The notes under the pieces are model-generated. The model saw only the letters and a list, made by a program, of their open reading frames with translations. It did not search any database and was not told the origin of the DNA. The position numbers and the translations under genes were made by a program. This document shows positions 27,946-40,309 of a stretch of 64,000 nt of DNA, piece by piece (position 1 is the first letter of the stretch; every line of letters begins with the position of its first letter). Source of the DNA: the human T2T-CHM13v2.0 reference genome, Homo sapiens; assembly GCF_009914755.1 (NCBI RefSeq), contig NC_060947.1. One strand, given 5' to 3'.

Positions 27946-30900
27946 AGAAAAGCATAGTTTTAAAAAGCTAGACATAGAAGAATCCATCTATGGACTCTTG
28001 AGTCCATTTACATTTAGGTTCAAACATATTAAACTAATCTATGGTTATGGAAATGAAAATGTTTGCTTGATATGAGAGTGGTGACGATTGGAAAGGGACA
28101 TGAGGAAACTCTGAATTGATGCAAATATTTCATACCTTGATTTGAGATGGATTTTGTGGCTGTAAATTTGTGAAAACTCATTGAACTGCACACTCTCAAT
28201 ATAATTATTTCACTCTGTAAATTATAATGAAATGTGTGCATGTGCTTATATGAGGGAAAGAGATGGAGGGAGAGAGAGATACAGAGGTGCAGGGGACAGA
28301 GAATGGGATGAGGGGAATTGGAGAACTCAAGTGTTGACACATTTTAAAGTTTTGCTGTGCAACTTGAGTAAAGGAATATGGTATGATTTAACAGGGAATT
28401 GAGATCAAGGAATATTTTCTTTCATGATGGGAGAAAACAGGAAATCAGTATGTTTATTGGAATGACCCAGTACAGTACAAAAATAAAAATAGTTATATAG
28501 GAGAGAGAAGGGAGAATTGCTGGAGCTGAAGGCAAAAGTGGGCTAAAGGACATGTGATCTAGTGCAAAAAAATGGTTTTAGAGAAGAGTAAAGGAAGTTC
28601 ATCTTTATAAGAAACAGGAAGTTACAGTATACAGGTATTGATGCTGCTAAGTGGGTAACAAGTCTGTGGAAAGTCTCCTTTAATTTTTAAAAATGTTCTC
28701 TGCAAAGCAGGAAGCAAAGTCATCACCTGAAAGAGAAGATGAAGGAGGCGATATTGGAGGTTTGAGGACAGAGAAGGTGTGAAATGGAAGATTTAATGGA
28801 TTAGGAATAAATAATAAGATATTCTTGAAGTGTTACAACCGTCTTTTAAGTGTGTGGTCATTAATTTATCATTGTGCACTTTTTTCCCCAGTTACAATCT
28901 CAGGTATAGGCTTGGAAGACAGTTGCATTTGATCAAGGTTGCAGCTTTTCCAAGCAAATGTGACAAAATGAGAGAAGGGTAAGAGTTTCAAGGGTATATG
29001 CAAGAAAATTATTATAACGATTGACCATGGAACTTAAGTGAAATAAAATACCTAGATATAGAGACTATTTTAATGAACTTCCTTTAAAAATGCCTTCAGA
29101 AGAAAGGATCTATAGCTTCAAAAAAGTGAGTAATTGTAAAAAACCTCATATGCTCCTTGTTCAAAGAAAACGAAGTATACAATGCTCAATGTCCACATTT
29201 CCACCTCCACCCCAACAATACTCAGGGCCAACTACTGTTAATAGCTTTGTATATATATGTACACGTCAAAAATGTAGTTGATTTAAAAACACTCTCTTTA
29301 AAAATACAGCATTTTTGAAGAGTAAAAGGACTGCATTCATAAAAAGAGATTTGTGGCTTTTTAAATAATAATAATATATAAATATATAAAATATAAATAT
29401 AAAAATTAAAAAACACAAATAATAAATCCAGACTCCCACACATTTATCAAATTCTGGAAAAATACATTAGAATAAGCAATTGGAAAAGATGTCCTTCTAA
29501 TTGTTAGTTAATTGTACTAAGAGTGGAGATTTTTCTCTGGTAGTCCTGCTCTAGCACCAGGGAAAGAGGCTTTTGAATCCTGTCAGGAGCAAAACTTGGA
29601 GTTGCCAGATGTAAAAGGGAAAGTGGATAATGGGGAAAGTTTAAAGGTCCTCAGTGTTATCAAAGTAAACACTTGTTAAAAAATACTGATAAAACGCTTT
29701 AGAACTCTGAGGCAGGCCAATGGGAATGTGATGAACTACAGGAAGTATTTAGGTCAAAAATTTGACTATATATGTGTTGGTGATGAAGATTTGATTACAG
29801 AAAACATTTGGAAAATAGACCCAGAAAGGGGAAGTATTGATCAGCATCTCCTGGAAAAGAAATCGTTAGGGGAAGAGGAAAGAATGCTTCAGCTGAAGCT
29901 CTCAGTATCAGATAAGGCGAAGAACACCCTTCCACCTCACATGCACACCTAACTTATTTTAATAAATATGAAGTAAACCTTGTTGTCTCTGGTAAGTTAG
30001 TTATATACAAAAGACTCCAGGCCAGTAGCCAAAAGTCATTGAAAAGCAATTTAAACATTTATTATTTTCCCCCAGGAGTAGCTCCTAGCCCTATCCTATG
30101 TAAACAGAGCTGATTCTTTTAGTGTCTTTCAGTTTTACTGTTCTACCCATTATTCCAATAAGCACAATAAAATCTCATGTCTGGGTACTGCCCATGAAAT
30201 TGGGCATTCTTCCTTTAACATGATAGTGAAGGAGGAAAACTTAACTTTTTAAAGTAACTGTTATATACTACTAATGTTAAGATTTTTTGGACACTTATCA
30301 AAGAATAATTCCAGGATGTGGGTGCCATTTTTATCATCTCCTTTTCCCAAATGAGAAAACTGAGTCCCAGAGAGGATAAATAAGCAGCAGAGCCAGAATT
30401 CAAACACTTGCTTTGATGTTAGTACTCATGTACAACATTTTTATATTATATGTGGCCTTTCTATTAAACTCCTTGAAAGTGGTTATGAAAAATAAAATAA
30501 ACAACTCAGACAAACTCAAGCAGAAGTAAATTTATCATAATGATATTAAGGCTTCAGAGAACCAATGGGAAACTAGAGAACTGAGTTAGTGATGAACAAA
30601 AGTGGTGTTGTAGAACAATTGGTCTGATTAGGACACTGACACATTAATTGCCTGGACCTTAGACACTTTTAGTCTTTCTATCCCTATGACTAAAATTCAA
30701 AATCTAGCCACAGAGCATTACATTATCCTCACTTAAGTCATGTGCCTGCCTCCTCGTTACAGAAGAGAAGTGCCATTGATTTAAGTAGACTTAATATAAA
30801 GGCCAAGGAGTAGTTATTTAAAAGGAAATTGGAGTACCATTAAAAAGGGAAAAAATGATGCTCCAGTTCCTAAAAAGCCATACATGTCAACTAGAACCCA

Positions 30901-32428
30901 TGCTTACAGCTGCCCATTATCTACACACCTTCCTCCCATAGACTGTCTCTGAAAAATGCTCCTGCCTAAAAATATACAGTTATTTCATGGACAACCCAAA
31001 ACAAATCCTGCCACTTCCCAATAACTCATTGGTCACTTCATTGAGCTTTAATTCCTGGATCTGTGGGTAATATTCATACCCCCTCTAGATCCATTGTGAT
31101 TATGTTTTGATACTCTTCAATCTGTGGACTAAATTTAGCCACCATAATCACAACTTATGTACAGATTAGGAAAAATAGAATACATATTAATTAAAATATA
31201 TAGGTATATATCCATGACCATGAAGGAAGGACAAGTTTGTGAAGACCAAAGTTCTCAGTACTGTAGCAGGTCTTGAGGTCATATTTAGCATTTATGACTT
31301 CCTTCCTCCACTCTTCACTTAATATCTGCTTTTCTTTTCACCAGTATCTCAGTAGTGGTTCATTGCTCAGTGGTATACCCAAACTTTAATTATTGGCAGA
31401 TCTGATCCCTTGAATGTCCTGATTGAGAAGAGTTTCATTGATTTACATTCTGATGCCAACTCCTTAATCTACGTCACACTCCAGAATGTTTCTTTAGCAT
31501 TATACCCATTTCATACTACTCAGGCATTAAGTAATTTGTCAGAGTTCCCATAGCCAGTAAGTGGTAGAACCAAGGTATGAACTCAGGTACCTTTGACTCC
31601 AAAACTCACGCTTGTGATGCTAGTCTTGCTCCTTGAAAACATAGGAAGAGACTGAGACAGAAGTCAGGAAATAGGTGGAGCAACATCACAGATAGTTGTT
31701 CCTATGGTAGGCCCACAGTCAGCAAAGAGAAGGCCTGTTGTTTAGGTATTAGCAAAATGGAAAGCAGATAAGACAGTTGCCACAACTGGGTGGGGGGAGG
31801 AGGATGCATGCTCAGACAAGCCCTTGCAAAATCTCACCTTGCAAAGTTAATCATTTGCAGGGACATAAGACAAACAAGTGATAGGGGTAGCAAAAATCAA
31901 CTTAGACCTCTTGTGGGGGCGTTTCATCTAGGTTCTGGGAAGTGAGGTGCATCAAACAGAAAGAGTAACCCTTGTTTCTCCAGCCTGCAGAAAGGAACAA
32001 TTATAGCTGAACTGCTGTACTTTCTTTCTGCCCTGCTTTATTATTCTCCATAGTACTTATCACCTTGTAACATCTGGTATATTCTACTTATTTAGTTTAC
32101 TGTCTATCTCCCCTCACTTAATATGTAGGCTCCATGAGGATTTTTGTTTTGTTTTACAGGAACACACCCTGGCATATGGTAGGCCCTCCATTGATGTTTA
32201 TTGGATGTGAATAAATGAATGTGTCATCAAGAGGATTTGCGATGCCCCGCTCGTCATGGAGATGTTAGGACTCTAATATCCAGTTTCAACTTTCCAACTG
32301 GCTTCTTGGAAACTTGTGGCTCCTTCTTAAAAACTGGTAAAACTTTCTGCTTTTGTTTATTGTTTACTATTTACCTTGTAGGCGGTTTCCTGCTGCAGCA
32401 GGATGTAACTTCAGAAAGAGGCCAGTGC

Positions 32429-32921
32429 ATTCACAGTAGTAAAGACATGGAATCAACATCAACACAAATGCCCATAAATGATAGACTGCATAAAGAAAAT
32501 GTGGTACATATACAGCATGGAATACTTTGTAGCCATAAAAAGAAATGAGATCATGTCCTTTGTAGGGACATGGATGGAGCTGGAAGCCATTATCCTCAGC
32601 AAACTAATGCAGGAAGAGAAAAGCAAACACCGCACGTTCTTACTTATAAGTGGGAGCTGAACAATGAGAACACATGAACATAGAGAGGAGAACAACATAC
32701 ACTGGGGCCTGTTGTGGGGTGCAAGGGGAGGGAGAGTATCAGGAAAAATAGTTCTTGCGTAGTGGGCTTAATACCTAGGTGATGCATGGACAGGTGCAGC
32801 AAACCATCATGGCACACGTTTACCTGTGTAACAAACCTGGACATCCTGTACATGTACCTCAGAACTTAAAATAAAAATAAAAATTAATAGAAAAGAAATC
32901 CTAAGTCTAAAAAAGAAAAAA
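32429..32921 (+). mobile_element. Short L1PA 3' fragment
   Basis: Perfect 16-bp TSD AGAAAGAGGCCAGTGC at 32413-32428 and 32922-32937. Confidence 0.93.
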
Positions 32922-33151
32922 AGAAAGAGGCCAGTGCTGCTTTCATTGCCTTTGTTCCTACCGTTTTCCAGGAGGCAAGTAAGATCCTAGCCAAAACCAG
33001 AGGCCCAAGAGTGAGACAGCCTGGGTAAATATCCTGGTTTCACCCCTAAATAGCCATGTACCTCTGTAAAAGATCCTTACCCCCCTGAGCCTTTATTTCC
33101 TCATATGTACAAAGTATTGGTACATTTTTAGATAAGGGTAATGCTAACTGG

Positions 33152-33460
33152 TTTTTATTTTGTTTGTTTTTTAGAGACGGGGCCTCCCTCTATTGCCCAG
33201 GCTGAAGTGCAGTGGTACGACCATGGCTCACTGTAACCTTGAACTCCTGTGCTCAAGTGATCCTCTCGCCTCAGCCTCCAGAGTAGCTGAGACTGTAGGT
33301 ATGTGCCACCATGCCTAGCTATTTGAAAAAAAAGAATTGTAGAGACGGGGGTCTCCCTGTGTTTCCCAGGTTGGTCTCAAACTCCTGGCCTCAAGTGATC
33401 TTCTCACCTTGGCCTCCCGAAGTGTTGGGATTACCGGCATCAGCCATCATGCCCAGCCCA
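33152..33460 (-). mobile_element. AluJ
   Basis: Diverged antisense dimeric Alu. Confidence 0.9.
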
Positions 33461-34739
33461 CTTACTGTTTTATCAAATAAAACTGAATGTTTTCATGGCT
33501 TAATACATCAGAAGTTTATTTCATTCTCACGAGAGTCCAAAGTAGTTGTTTGTGATAGATATGTGATTTCCTCCACATAGTAATTCAGAGGTCCCAGCTC
33601 TTCTATGTCTTGTGATTCCTCCATACCCTCAGGGTCTCGAGTGACCCCACTTCCAAATGGCAAAAGGAGAAAAGAGATAATGGAAAGAGCATATCGGCCT
33701 CTTGGCTCATAGTAACACAGATCACTTCTACTCATATTACATTTTTAAGAACAAGCCACAAATATCTGTCAAATATCTGGAAAATATAGTCCCTGGATAG
33801 CCAGCTGTTTCTTAACAATTTTATCCAATGGAGGGCAGGGCATAGATCTTTAGAGGACATTTATCTTTGTTTGCTCCTCTGGCCACCAAAGATCTGTATG
33901 CACATTTCTTCTCATACTTAGAATACACTCACTCTCTTCCCAAGGGAGATAAGCCAAAGTTCTATCTAGTTACTACATCCAGCTCAGTATCTATCAGGCT
34001 CCTATTGAGATAAAAGTTATCTGTCTCCCTCAAATCCTCAATGCATGATGGTGGAATAGATACAGAAAAAACCCAGTAAAAAACTCCCATTAAAAAACAG
34101 AAGGAAAGTTACAATGATTGGTGGCCCATGGCAATAACGGAATCTTACTGGTCAGATACATTCTGAAGACAGCCTGCCAGGGCGGTTGGGGAGACTCTCT
34201 GATTAGATCCTGATTCTTCTCTCTGTGGGAAACTTTCTTGTCCATTCCTCTCCATGATTATATCTCAGGTGGGTTTGGGGGAGCTTTTCCTCCTTAGTGG
34301 ATACATAATTTTCCACAGCCATCTTTCTGCTGGTTCAGGTTTAGAGGCCAGGGCATTACTATACAGTGGTGGGCTCTTGTAGACTTCCTTTGTGGTTTCT
34401 TTGGCAGTACAATTATTTCAAATTCAGTAAGCTTTCAGTTAATTTATATTCAACCATTTCTGTGTGCCAGTAACCTAACCCCACTTTTTTCCTTGACAAA
34501 ATTATTGTCTGCCTTATTTCTTTGCTTTCTCATCCTATTGCTCTCTCTTTTCTTAATGGAGGCCATTTGAACCAGTTGGATCAAGTGAGAAGGAAAGAAC
34601 CTTAATCTGATATCTGCTGAAGGACTAAGTCCATCTTTTTAACTGACAAGTCTTAATAAGCATTTTTTATTCACAGACTATTTCATTCTGAACATTTTCT
34701 ATTTAGCTTGAATTTTTGTGTGACTCTGAAAATTCGAAT

Positions 34740-37700
34740 ATTTAGTTGCTTTCTGGAGTCCCACATATCATGTAGGCTTTGTTCATTCCTTTTTTCTTTA
34801 TTTTTCTCTGTAATATTTCTTTATTTATCTCTGACATATCTTAAAGTTCTGAGAGTCTTTCTTCTGCTTAATCTGCCTTATTGTTGAAGCTTTCAAATGT
34901 ATTTTATATTTCATTAAATGAATTATTGTTTCAGAATTTCTATTTGCTTCTTTTTATGATATCTATTTGATAAATTTCTCATTCATATCTTGAATTGTCT
35001 TTCTGATTTCTTTGTATTGTTTTTCAGTATTCTCCTGTATCTCACTGAGCTTCCTAAAAATCAATATTTTGAATTCTTTTTCCAGGATTTCTTAGATTTG
35101 TTTTGACTGGGGTCTGTTACTGGAGAATTACTATATTCCTTTGAGGGCATCATATTTTCTCATTTCTTTCATATTTTCTGTGTCCGTATATCGATATCTG
35201 TGTATCTGGTATAATAGTCACTTATTCCAGTATTTTGAATCTGCTTTCTTGGGAAGGGCTTTTTCCTGAAGATGTATTGATTTTATTGGTTGGGTAGGGC
35301 ACTTTGGCTTTGATTCTGGATGAGTGCAGTAGTGTAATCTCTGTATGATTACTTTGGCTGTAAACAGCATTACTAGTACCTGTGATTTCTTCAATTGTTT
35401 TAATAGTGGAGGCTGTGGTGAAGTTCTGCTGAAGACTGGGATGCCAGTTGGGCCAGTGATATGGTTTGATTGTGTCCCCATCCAAATCTCATCTTGAATT
35501 GTCGTTCCCATAATCCCCACATGTTGAGGGAGGGACCCAGTGGGAGGTAATGGAATCATGGTGAGGGTACCCCCATTCTGCAGTTCTTGTGATAGTGAGT
35601 GAGTTCTCACAAGGTCTGATGGTTTTATAAGGGGCCCCTTTAGCTCTGTACCTCTCCTTCCTGCCATCATATGAAGAAGGACGTGGTTGCTTCCCCTTCC
35701 ACTATGATTGTAAATTTCTTGAGTCCTCCTCAGCCATGCTGAACTGTCAGTCAATTAAACCTCTTTCCTTTATAAATTAGGTATGTCTTTATTAGCAGCA
35801 TGAGAACGGACTAACACAGTAAATTTGTACCACAGAGTGGGGTGCTGCTGTAAAGATGCCTGAAAATGTGGAAGCAATTTTGGAACTGGGTAACAGGCAG
35901 AGGTTGGAACAGTTTAGAGGGCACAGAAGAAGACAGGAAGATGTGGGAAAGTTTGGAACATTCTAGAGACTTGTTGAATAGCTTTGACCAAAATGCTGAT
36001 AGTGATATGGACAATAAAGTCCAGGCTGAGGTGGTCTCAGATGGAGATGAGGAACTTGTTGGGAACTGGAGCAAAGGTGACTCTTTTCATGCTTTGGCAA
36101 GGAGACTGGTGTCATTTGCCCCTGCCCTAGAGATCTGTGGAACTTTGAACTTGAGAGAGATGATTTAGGGTATCTAGGGGAAGAAATTTCTAAGCAGCAA
36201 TGCATTCAGAAGGAAGCAGAGCATAAAAGTATGGAAAATTTGCAGCCCACCAATGCATTAGAAAATAAAAACCCGTTTTCTGGTGAGAAATTGAAGCCTG
36301 CTGCAGAAATTTGCATAAGTAACAAGGAGCTGAATGTTAATCCCCAAGGCAAGAGGAAAAACGTCTCCAGGGCATGTGAGAGAACTTTGTGGCAGCACCT
36401 TCCATCACAGGCTCAGAGGCCTAGGAGGGAAAAATGGTTTCCTGGTCTGGGCCCAGGGCCCCCTACTCTGTGCAGCCTCAGGATATGGTGCTTTGCGATC
36501 CAGCTGCTTCAGCTCCAGCTGTGGCTAAAAGGGGCCAAGGTACAGCTCGGGCCATTGCTTCAGAGGGTGCAAGCCTCAAGCCTTGGCAGCTCCCATGTGG
36601 TGTTTGTCTTGTGGGTCTGCAGAACACAAGAATTAAGGTGTGGGAACCTCCACCTTGATTTCAGAGGATGTATGGAAACACGTGGATGTCCAGGCAGAAG
36701 TTTGCTGGACTTCTGCCATGTTGTGGAGCCCTCATGGAGAACCTCTGCTATGGCAGTGGAGAAGGGAAATGTGGGATCAGAGCCCTCACATGGAGCCCCC
36801 ACTGGGGCACTGCCTAGTGAAGCTGTGAGAAAAGAGCCATCATCCTTCAGATCCACCGAAATCATGCATCATGTGCCTGGAAAAGCCGCAGACACTCAAT
36901 GCCAGCCCACGAAATCATCCTGGAGGGGGTTGTAGCCTGCAAAGCCACAGGGGTGGAGCTGTCCAAGACCATCAGAACCCAGTTCTTGCATCAGCATGAC
37001 CTGGATGTGAGACATGGAGTCAAAACAGAACATTTTGGAACTTTAAGGTTTAATGGCCGCCCTATTGGATTTTGAACTTGCATGAAGCCTATAGCCCCTT
37101 TGTTTTGGCCAATTTCTCCCATTTGGAATGAGCATATTTACCAAATGTCCGTACCTCCATTGTATCTAGGAGGTAACTAACATGCTTTTGATTTTACAGG
37201 CTCATAGGCAAAAGGGACTTGCCTTGTTTCAGATGAGACTTTGGAGTTGAGTTTTGGGTTAATGCTGGAATGAATTAAAACTTTGGGGGACTCTTGGAGG
37301 GCATAATTGTGTTTTGAAATGTGAGAACATGAGATTTGGGAGGAACCAGGGACAGAATAATATGGTTTGGCTGTGTCCCAACCCAAATCTATCTTGAATT
37401 GCATAATCCCCACGTATTGTGGGAGGGACCCAGAGAGGTAATTGAATCATGGGGGAGGTTACCCCCATGCTGCTGTTCTCATGATAGTGAGTGAGTTCAC
37501 ACAAGATCTGGTGGTTTTATAAGTGAATTTTTCCCTCCTTTTACTTGGCACTTCTCCTTGCTTCCACCATGTGAAGAAGAACATGTTTGCTTCCCCTTCC
37601 ACCATGATTTTAAGTTTCCTGAGGCCTCCCCAGCCATGCTGAACTGTTAGTCAATTAAACTCTTTCCTTTATAAATTACCCAGTTTCAGGTATGTCTTTA

Positions 37701-38930
37701 TTAGCAGTGTGAAAACAAACTAATACAGCCAGTCTTCAGGCCACAGTGGTAGCCACAGTGCACTGACCATACCTGTCCTTGGGCCCTAGGGCAGCATATA
37801 CTGGCACCAGTATCACCAAGTGTAGATGGGATGATACTTGTAACTTCTTGGATGCTGGTAGTGGCAGTGGTGGGCTGGGTGGATGGGTGGGTTCTTGGGC
37901 CCTTGGGAAGCTGGTATGGTGTAGGCAATGACAGTAGCAGTGGCAGGATAATCATCTAGGTCCTGAGTGGTATGTGGTGGTGTTGGCAGTGGCTGTGATG
38001 TGCTAGGCAGGCCAGTCTCCAGGCCCACGTGTGGCACCTGCTGGCAGGTGCCCTTGAGGTGATAATGGCCAGGTGGGTAAGCCCAACCTCAGGCCTCCAG
38101 GAGGATTGCTCTGGTGCCAGCAGTGGTGGACTGGGGTGGGCAGCTCCTAGGACCCCAGACTGCTTGCTCTGGCTTTGGGGGTGTGGGGAGCCAGGCCAGG
38201 CTGACTTACCCTCAGGCCCTTCAATGTTGTGTGCAGGTGCAGGAGTGGGACTATCATCAGGCCCCAAGTGGAATGCTCAGGTTAGGAACAGCAGTGGCTA
38301 TGCTGTATCCCTGCTGTTGGGGAGGCAAGGAACTCCTTTAGTGGTGGCAGCCTAGGCCAGCAGGTAAGGAATGTGGACTCTGTTCATGCCTCAGCCCCAG
38401 CAATGGCAGCCAGCACCTCACTCATGCCTCAGCCCCAGCACTGCTGGGCCTCAGGACAATGTGCAGTCTGTTGTGGGGTGTGCTCTCAAAATGGCCCCTT
38501 GCTGTGGCTGTTTAGGACTTGGAGAGTGTTTGGGATCCAGTGCAAGGTCCCTTTCTGGAGCAGTGCCACTGGACCATCTTTAGGCAACTCCTTATGTTAG
38601 TTTCAGGGTTTCAGGGCCCGTAAGGGTCAAGGGGACTCTTCTGTGGCTAGGATTGCACAATTCCACTGTGGGAATGTGGTCCACTGGGGTCTCTCACTTA
38701 CCTTTTTTCTGGACTAGGGAGTCTATCCCAGGTTCGAGCCAATCTTGGTCAAGCAGGCTACCTCACTTCCCTCTTCTTTGCTTTAGGCATTTCCTGTCAC
38801 TTTTCTATTGAACACTAGTATTCTCTCTTGTATGATCTATTCAAAGTAATATTTTCTATTTACTATTTTGATTTTTCTTAGTACAGGAACCGAGTACTAG
38901 ATACTACTAGTAAGTCATCTTGAAGCCTTT
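34740..38930 (-). mobile_element. L1M 5'UTR/ORF1 fragment, host of THE1
   Basis: ORF1-like T-rich segment at 34740-35450; GC-richer 5'UTR at 37733-38930 ending gtcatcttgaagcc. Confidence 0.65.
35457..37727 (+). mobile_element. Full-length THE1 (MaLR): LTR 35457-35818, internal region, LTR 37358-37727
   Basis: Two related LTRs starting T(G/A)ATATGGTTTG and ending CTAA(C/T)ACA. 5-bp TSD GCCAG at 35452-35456 and 37728-37732. Confidence 0.95.
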
Positions 38931-38952
38931 CTGGTGTCTATTAGGGTTCTCT

Positions 38953-38955
<3 letters not shown>

Positions 38956-38992
<37 letters not shown>
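38956..38992. repeat. (TG)n microsatellite, about 18 units, preceded by (CT)n
   Basis: Direct reading. Confidence 0.95.
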
Positions 38993-38994
<2 letters not shown>

Positions 38995-40309
38995 CCCTAG
39001 GTTTTTTTTTAACATAAGATAATGTCATCTAAGAATATAGTTTACTTCTTGCTTTCTAGCCTGTACACCATTTATTTCTTTTTTCTTGCCTAATTGTTTT
39101 AGCTAGAACTTTTAGTAAAATGTTGAATAGAAGTGGTGAGAATGGGCATCCTTGTCTTGCTCTTATGGGGAATCCTGTCGTTCTTTATCATTAGTCATAG
39201 TATTAGATTTGGGTTTTCAGTAAATGCCTCTTATCAGGTTGAGAACATTCCATTTCATTCCTAGCTGATTTTTAATGCGACGGTGTTGTTGGATTTTGTC
39301 AAATGCTTTATCTTCACCCATTGAGATGATAATGTGCTTTTATTCCTCATTCTGCCAATATGGTGTTTACAGCCTGATAAATTTCACTCTGAGCACTGCT
39401 TTTGCAGCATCCTATAAATTTTAATATGTTGTGCTTTTTATTTTCACCCATCTCAAAATATTTTTTAATTTCTCTTGAGATTTCTGCTTTGACTAGTTGG
39501 TTGTTTAATACTGTGATGTTTCATAGCACCATAGCAAAGAATGCCTGCTACTACAGTCCACTCTTCACTATTGATGTTGGAGAGAATGACCAAAGGATAT
39601 AGCTTTCATTTTATCTTCTTGGATTCCATTTTGGCTGCACTCTCCTCTGCTTCACTTGGGGCTTTTCTCTTGACACCAGCCCACTGTTCTACAGCAACTT
39701 TAGGCCCTCCTGCAAATACAGAAGCAATAGGGTTCCAGAGAATCTTTCTGTTTAAATCAACTTCAAAATTTTACACCCTCTAATAAATACCTTATTCCAT
39801 ATCATTTATAGTGGCTCCACTTCCTTGATCAGAACCAAATTGATGTGAAACCAAATTCTGATGCCCCAAGTAAGTTTTCTGTCTAATGTACATGCTAGTT
39901 TTGTGCTGCTATAATCACAAGAATTTAAAAATGTCTTCTACTTCACTGAAAGCAAATTCTGTGGAAAAACATATTTTCCTCAAAAGATTATTAGTTGACA
40001 ACCTATTTCATATAGTAAAGGGAATTTCAGATGATATGGAAGTTCTAATTGAGTAACCGCTTCATGCCTACGTAATTCTTGATTTTCAAGCTATGTTTGC
40101 TCATGTATTCCTTAAGCAATGTTTTCAGAAATAATCTGGGGAAATAAAGGTTCCATTTGGGCAAGCTGAAAATGTCTTTGATTTAATGATTGTTTAATGA
40201 TTTCGCTGGTGATTTTGCTCTTGGCTCAACATCATTTTAATCTCATGATACAGAAAAGCTCCCTCAATTATCTTGTAATAAATATTTTTGTTGATGAAAA
40301 TTTAAAAAG

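Noticed and set aside
35866-36935. 100- and 234-aa ORFs
   Set aside because: Fragments of the degenerate THE1 internal ORF.
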